Part shown: in pieces, positions 57,659 through 62,413 of the stretch
Position numbering within the stretch: the stretch's first letter is position 1
Layout: each line of letters opens with the position of its first letter
Assembly (NCBI GenBank): GCA_036655755.1
Contig: JAVVPN010000006.1
Coordinates: 1-62,413 of the forward strand
Direction: 5' to 3'
From: Bacteroidales bacterium
GTDB lineage: Bacteria > Bacteroidota > Bacteroidia > Bacteroidales > JAUNSR01
Length of the DNA: 62,413 bases
The notes under the pieces: generated by a model
Seen by the model: only the letters and a program-made list of their open reading frames with translations
Told to the model about the DNA's origin: nothing
The model's database searches: none
Made by a program: the position numbers and the translations under genes

Positions 57659-57734
57659 TACCACGAACCTTAAGGGTTACAGATGTTTATAACCTATTGT
57701 ATAAACAAACTCTATATCCTGAAGGTTCGTGGTA
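57659..57734 (-). terminator. Long hairpin: rlmD terminator containing an ECF-type promoter
   Basis: Perfect 13-bp outer IR TACCACGAACCTT / AAGGTTCGTGGTA and inner 8-bp IR TGTTTATA / TATAAACA, with a T-rich tail on minus. GAAC-N17-TGTT at 57728-57704. Confidence 0.7.
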
Positions 57735-57762
57735 ATTAGTGGCTATATATCGTTGCCTCGTA

Positions 57763-59172
57763 TTATTTTAACTCAAGCAACACAACATTTTCTACATGAT
57801 GAGTATGTGGGAACATATCTACTGCCTGAACTTTCTTTACACGGTATTTTACATCCAACAAAGCTAAGTCGCGGGCCTGCGTAGCCGGGTTACAGCTTAC
57901 ATACACAATACGTTTCGGCTCAGCAAACAAAATAGCATTTACTACATCCTCATGCATTCCCGCACGTGGTGGGTCTGTGATAATTACATCCGGACGGCCA
58001 TGCTCATTGATAAAATCAAGCGTCAGGATATCTTTCATATCGCCGGCATAGAAAAGCGTATTATCAATTCCGTTGATCTGCGAATTGACTTTTGCATCTT
58101 CAATCGCCTCCGGCACATATTCGATACCTACCACTTTCGAAGCTTTCGAAGCAACGAAATTAGCAATCGTACCGGTACCTGTATACAAATCATATACCAA
58201 TTCGTTTCCTGTAAGACCCGCAAAATCGCGTGTTACAGAATATAGGATATAGGCCTGTTCCGAATTTGTCTGATAGAATGATTTCGGACCAATCTTAAAC
58301 TTAAGGCCTTCCATCTGTTCGAAAATATGGTCATTTCCTTTGAATACCAAAATATCCTGATCGGTAATCGTATCGTTACACTTCGAGTTGATTACATACA
58401 TCAGCGAAGTAATCTGCGGGAACATATCCGCGATATGCTGCAACAAGGCCTCGCGGGCAGCCTTATCTTCGTAATAAAATGCAACGATTAACATCAGTTC
58501 GCCCGTTGTCGAGGTACGCACAATCATATTACGCAAAAATCCTTCCTGATTACGCAAATCAAAGAAAGTATAGTCGTGCTCTAAAGCAAATGCACGGATT
58601 GCCAAACGAATCTGGTTCGAGATATCATCTTGCAACCAGCATTTATTAATATCCAATACTTTGTCGAAAGCTCCCGGAATGTGGAATCCTAAAGCATTCA
58701 TATGATCATATTCTACATTTTCACGTACTTCCTCGTGCGTCAGCCAACGTTTGTTTGAGAATGTAAACTCCAGTTTATTTCGGTAAAAACGAGTTTTCTC
58801 TGATCCTAGAATCGGCATGAATTCCGGAAGTTCAACCTTTCCGATACGACTCAGGTTATCAAATACCTGCTGCTGTTTAAATTTCAATTGCTCCTCATAC
58901 GGAAGGTGTTGCCATTTACAACCCCCACAAACCGTAAAATGCTCGCAAAACGGTTCTGTACGAAGTGGCGACAACTTATGAATTTTCATTACACGTCCCT
59001 CTGCAAATGAACGTTTCTGTCGATAGATCTGTAAATCAACAATATCTCCCGGCGCTACAAAAGGAACGAAGATCACCTTATCTTTCCAACGCGTAATCGC
59101 TTTTCCTTCGGCGGCTACATCCAATATCTCAATTTGCTCCACTATCGGAAGCTCTTTCTTTTTCCGTGCCAA
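57763..59172 (-). CDS. rlmD: 23S rRNA m5U1939 methyltransferase
   Basis: TRAM domain, CEHFTVCGGC, SFYQTN, DLYTGTG, DPPRAG, YVSCNPAT and DMFPHTHHVE. Likely TTG start (MARKKK) at 59172, after TAACTTTG (59213-59206). Confidence 0.94.
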   Translation of the reverse strand: MARKKKELPIVEQIEILDVAAEGKAITRWKDKVIFVPFVAPGDIVDLQIYRQKRSFAEGRVMKIHKLSPLRTEPFCEHFTVCGGCKWQHLPYEEQLKFKQQQVFDNLSRIGKVELPEFMPILGSEKTRFYRNKLEFTFSNKRWLTHEEVRENVEYDHMNALGFHIPGAFDKVLDINKCWLQDDISNQIRLAIRAFALEHDYTFFDLRNQEGFLRNMIVRTSTTGELMLIVAFYYEDKAAREALLQHIADMFPQITSLMYVINSKCNDTITDQDILVFKGNDHIFEQMEGLKFKIGPKSFYQTNSEQAYILYSVTRDFAGLTGNELVYDLYTGTGTIANFVASKASKVVGIEYVPEAIEDAKVNSQINGIDNTLFYAGDMKDILTLDFINEHGRPDVIITDPPRAGMHEDVVNAILFAEPKRIVYVSCNPATQARDLALLDVKYRVKKVQAVDMFPHTHHVENVVLLELK

Positions 59173-59328
59173 TGCTTGTTCAGTTTTAATAAGTACAAAA
59201 TCGCTCAAAGTTAAAAATTTTCTTCCGAATGAGTTGGCCATTTTCTAAAAAACAACCCGCTCTTATATTTTATTCAAATTCAACTTGCATAGGTTATCCA
59301 TTCTCCTATATTTGCGTATATGTCTTAA

Positions 59329-59433
59329 AAATGAAATCGCCATAACCCGCCTAAAGTTGAGATACCCAACATACGGTATATAAAGGGCGCATTTATACTT
59401 TAATGTAAAAAATAGATTATATATAAATGAAAA
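59329..59433 (+). repeat. Dispersed leader element, copy 3 (full length), in the ppdK 5' UTR
   Basis: Begins 15 nt after TATATTTG (59307-59314); homologous to copies 1 and 2. Confidence 0.85.
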
Positions 59434-59478
59434 ACTTACAACAATCTGCATCTAGTATTTACCATTGAAAATCTGTTT

Positions 59479-62199
59479 ATGAAAACCAAAAAAGTGTACA
59501 ACTTCGGCGATGGCCATGCCGAAGGAAGAGCGGACATGAAAAATTTATTGGGAGGCAAAGGGGCCAATCTTGCCGAAATGAACCTTATCGGCGTACCTGT
59601 CCCTCCCGGTTTTACGATTACGACAGAAGTTTGTACCGAATATAATCAACTTGGACAAGAGGCTATTATGTCATCCATTAAAGAAGAGGTTGAAAACGGT
59701 ATCAAACACATCGAATCAATTACAGGTACCATATTCGGCGATAAAAAGAACCCGTTGCTGGTTTCGGTTCGATCAGGTGCCCGCGTTTCCATGCCAGGTA
59801 TGATGGATACGGTTTTAAATCTGGGGATAAATGATGAAGCGGTCGAAGCGCTTACTATTAAGTCGGGAAATGCCCGTTTTGCCTGGGACTCGTATCGCCG
59901 TTTTATCCAAATGTATGGCGATGTAGTATTAGGAATGAAGCCTAAAAACAAGACTGATATTGATCCTTTCGAAGAGATTATCGAAACACTCAAAAAAGAA
60001 AAAGGGATAAAACTAGACAACGAACTTACCGTAGAAGATCTTAAATTACTGGTGCCTCGTTTTAAGGCAGCCGTAAAAGAGGTTACCGGAAGAGATTTCC
60101 CCGTAAATCCATGGGATCAGCTCTGGGGCGCCGTATGTGCCGTATTCGATAGCTGGATGAATGAACGCGCTATTTATTACCGCCGCATGAATCATATCCC
60201 CGAAGAATGGGGTACTGCAGTCAATGTGCAAGCAATGGTATTTGGCAACATGGGCGATTCCTCGGCAACAGGAGTAGCGTTTACGCGTGACGCAGCTACA
60301 GGCGAAGACATATTTAATGGCGAATACCTTATCAATGCGCAAGGCGAAGACGTTGTAGCAGGAATTCGTACTCCTCAACAAATTACAATCGAAGGATCTC
60401 GCCGCTGGGCTACCCTGCAAGGTATTTCGGAAGAGGATCGCAGGGCAAAATATCCATCTCTAGAAGAGACAATGCCTGAATGCGCACAAGATTTGATTCG
60501 TACGCAACAAAAACTTGAAGACTACTTCAAAGACATGCAAGACCTTGAGTTTACCATTCAGGAAGGTAAATTATGGTTATTGCAAACCCGCAACGGAAAG
60601 CGTACAGGAGAAGCAATGGTTAAAATCGCCATGGATTTTATGCGCAAAGGCGTGATCGATGAAAAAACGACCCTAAAACGGATGGAGCCGCAAAAACTCG
60701 ACGAATTGCTGCATCCTGTCTTCGATAAAAAAGCAATTAAAGCAGCAAAAGTAATTGCCAAAGGATTACCGGCCTCACCGGGTGCCGCTACTGGCCGGAT
60801 TGTATTTTTTGCAGACGATGCTGAAAAATGGGCTGACGACCAACAGAAAGTGATTCTTGTACGCATCGAAACTTCGCCCGAAGACCTCCGTGGCATGCAT
60901 GTGGCGCAAGGTATCCTGACTGCCCGTGGAGGAATGACCTCCCATGCGGCTGTAGTTGCCCGTGGCATGGGTAAATGTTGTGTTTCAGGTGCGGGTGAGA
61001 TCAAAATCGATTATAAGGCGAAAACAATCAAAATGGGCGATGACATTTACCATGAAGGAGATTGGATCTCGTTAAATGGTTCAACCGGAGAAGTCTATGA
61101 AGGAAAAGTGGGTACCATGGATCCAGAAATCAGTGGCGACTTTAAACTCTTGATGGATTTCTGCGAAAAATATACCCGCATGGATGTGCGTACCAATGCA
61201 GATACACCTCGCGACGCAGCCGTAGCACGTAAATTCGGAGCAAAAGGTATCGGCTTGTGTCGTACCGAACATATGTTTTTTGAGGGTGATCGTATTAAAG
61301 CGATGCGTGAAATGATTTTGTCAAAAACAGAACGTGGCCGACGCGAAGCGCTCAATAAACTATTGCCAATGCAACGCAGCGACTTTGCCGGCATCTTTGA
61401 AGCGATGGACGGTTATGGTGTAACGATCCGTTTACTCGATCCCCCTTTGCATGAATTTGTTCCTCATCAGTTAGCTACTCAAAAAGAGTTAGCTCAAGAA
61501 ATGGGCTTGTCGATCGAAGAGGTAAAAATGGCTTGCGACTCGCTCGAAGAGTTCAATCCGATGCTCGGACACCGTGGTTGCCGCCTAGGATGCACTTATC
61601 CCGAAATTACAGAAATGCAGGCCCGGGCTATCATTGAAGCGGCTCTCGAAACAAAAGCAAAAGGGTGCATTGTTAAACCGGAAATCATGGTTCCACTGGT
61701 AGGTGTAATTGAAGAATTGAAGCTACAAGCGTCCATTATTCATGAAACTGCCGAAAAAGTATTTAAAGAAAAAGGCGAACGCATCGACTATAAAGTGGGT
61801 ACAATGATTGAAGTGCCTCGTGCAGCCCTAACTGCCGATAAAATTGCAGAAGTAGCTGATTTCTTCTCATTCGGAACAAACGACCTCACTCAAATGACCT
61901 TTGGTTATTCGCGCGATGACGCCGGTAAATTCCTTAAAATTTATCATGAAAAAGGAATTCTCAAAACCGATCCGTTTGCAGCGCTCGATCAGGAAGGTGT
62001 AGGATGCCTTGTACGCTACGGGGTTGAAAAAGGACGTTCTACCAAACCGGGATTGAAAATCGGTATCTGCGGTGAACATGGAGGTGAACCCTCGTCGGTT
62101 GAATTCTGTAATCGCGTAGGTATGAATTACGTGAGTTGCTCTCCTTATAGAGTACCTATCGCGCGTGTGGCGGCGGCTCAAGCTGCGGTAGAGAATTAA
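59479..62199 (+). CDS. ppdK: Pyruvate, phosphate dikinase
   Basis: LLGGKGANLAEM, SVRSGA..SMPGMMDT, GGMTSHAAVVARG (phospho-His), GLCRTEHMF, FGTNDLTQ and GICGEHGG. Confidence 0.98.
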   Translation: MKTKKVYNFGDGHAEGRADMKNLLGGKGANLAEMNLIGVPVPPGFTITTEVCTEYNQLGQEAIMSSIKEEVENGIKHIESITGTIFGDKKNPLLVSVRSGARVSMPGMMDTVLNLGINDEAVEALTIKSGNARFAWDSYRRFIQMYGDVVLGMKPKNKTDIDPFEEIIETLKKEKGIKLDNELTVEDLKLLVPRFKAAVKEVTGRDFPVNPWDQLWGAVCAVFDSWMNERAIYYRRMNHIPEEWGTAVNVQAMVFGNMGDSSATGVAFTRDAATGEDIFNGEYLINAQGEDVVAGIRTPQQITIEGSRRWATLQGISEEDRRAKYPSLEETMPECAQDLIRTQQKLEDYFKDMQDLEFTIQEGKLWLLQTRNGKRTGEAMVKIAMDFMRKGVIDEKTTLKRMEPQKLDELLHPVFDKKAIKAAKVIAKGLPASPGAATGRIVFFADDAEKWADDQQKVILVRIETSPEDLRGMHVAQGILTARGGMTSHAAVVARGMGKCCVSGAGEIKIDYKAKTIKMGDDIYHEGDWISLNGSTGEVYEGKVGTMDPEISGDFKLLMDFCEKYTRMDVRTNADTPRDAAVARKFGAKGIGLCRTEHMFFEGDRIKAMREMILSKTERGRREALNKLLPMQRSDFAGIFEAMDGYGVTIRLLDPPLHEFVPHQLATQKELAQEMGLSIEEVKMACDSLEEFNPMLGHRGCRLGCTYPEITEMQARAIIEAALETKAKGCIVKPEIMVPLVGVIEELKLQASIIHETAEKVFKEKGERIDYKVGTMIEVPRAALTADKIAEVADFFSFGTNDLTQMTFGYSRDDAGKFLKIYHEKGILKTDPFAALDQEGVGCLVRYGVEKGRSTKPGLKIGICGEHGGEPSSVEFCNRVGMNYVSCSPYRVPIARVAAAQAAVEN

Positions 62200-62226
62200 A
62201 AGAATTATTAAAATAGAGCTTCTACA

Positions 62227-62281
62227 AGAACCGGCTGCAATCTGATTTTTAAAAGAATCAGTTGCAGTCGGTTCTCATTTC
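62227..62281 (+). terminator. Terminator hairpin after ppdK
   Basis: AGAACCGGCTGCAA.CTGATT / AATCAG.TTGCAGTCGGTTCT. Confidence 0.8.
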
Positions 62282-62413
62282 AGTCAAACAGCTTACTCAG
62301 CTTTATTCACAAAAAACTTGGCATTGTAAATTACAGACTCACAATACGCAACAAACTCATTTATATTTTCAATCAAGATTGCTTTCAATGCAATTAATTT
62401 GTATCTTTCATCA

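Noticed and set aside
12687-59241. Upstream extensions given by the ORF track for cutC, ABC-F, yigZ, acyltransferase, amidase, phosphoesterase, pirin and rlmD
   Set aside because: They overlap neighbouring genes, terminators or promoter boxes; family-typical N-termini start at the downstream codons reported.
59646-62181. Long antisense ORFs within ppdK (and similar ones within glgP, tex, pcrA, pepO and gcvP)
   Set aside because: Shadow frames of strongly conserved genes, with no recognisable motifs or own expression signals.

Overview
This is a core-chromosome segment of a Bacteroidales bacterium. The lineage is indicated by TAnnTTTG -7 promoter boxes, a T9SS C-terminal domain, bTHX, and a GT3 glycogen synthase next to phosphorylase. 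It holds about 55 protein genes, mostly housekeeping, stress and metal functions (mntH, corA, nth, cutC, rclC-like, cysK, rsmG, gcvP, glgP, nspC, pcrA/uvrD, sodB, ald, tex, trx, two yaaA, rlmD, ppdK). I see no transposase, integrase, phage genes, CRISPR array or tRNA. The left edge appears to be the promoter/boxA leader of an rRNA operon that runs out of the window on the minus strand. The ORF track misses a 38-aa ribosomal protein bTHX gene. The most interesting signals are non-coding. (1) A ~100-bp leader element is present three times, in sense orientation, in front of folK-like, yaaA and ppdK; it has an 8-3-8 palindrome and short coupled uORFs. (2) A recurring (G/A)AAC-N16/17-TGTT motif lies in front of 8 mostly stress-type genes and looks like an ECF-sigma regulon; one copy sits inside a long terminator hairpin. 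(3) Two putative secreted leader genes are followed by hairpins, one of them heading a His/Cys-rich metal TonB-receptor/HMA cluster. (4) There is a candidate 6S-like ncRNA and a 22-bp-periodic REP-like array. All family calls come from motif recognition by eye; no searches were run.
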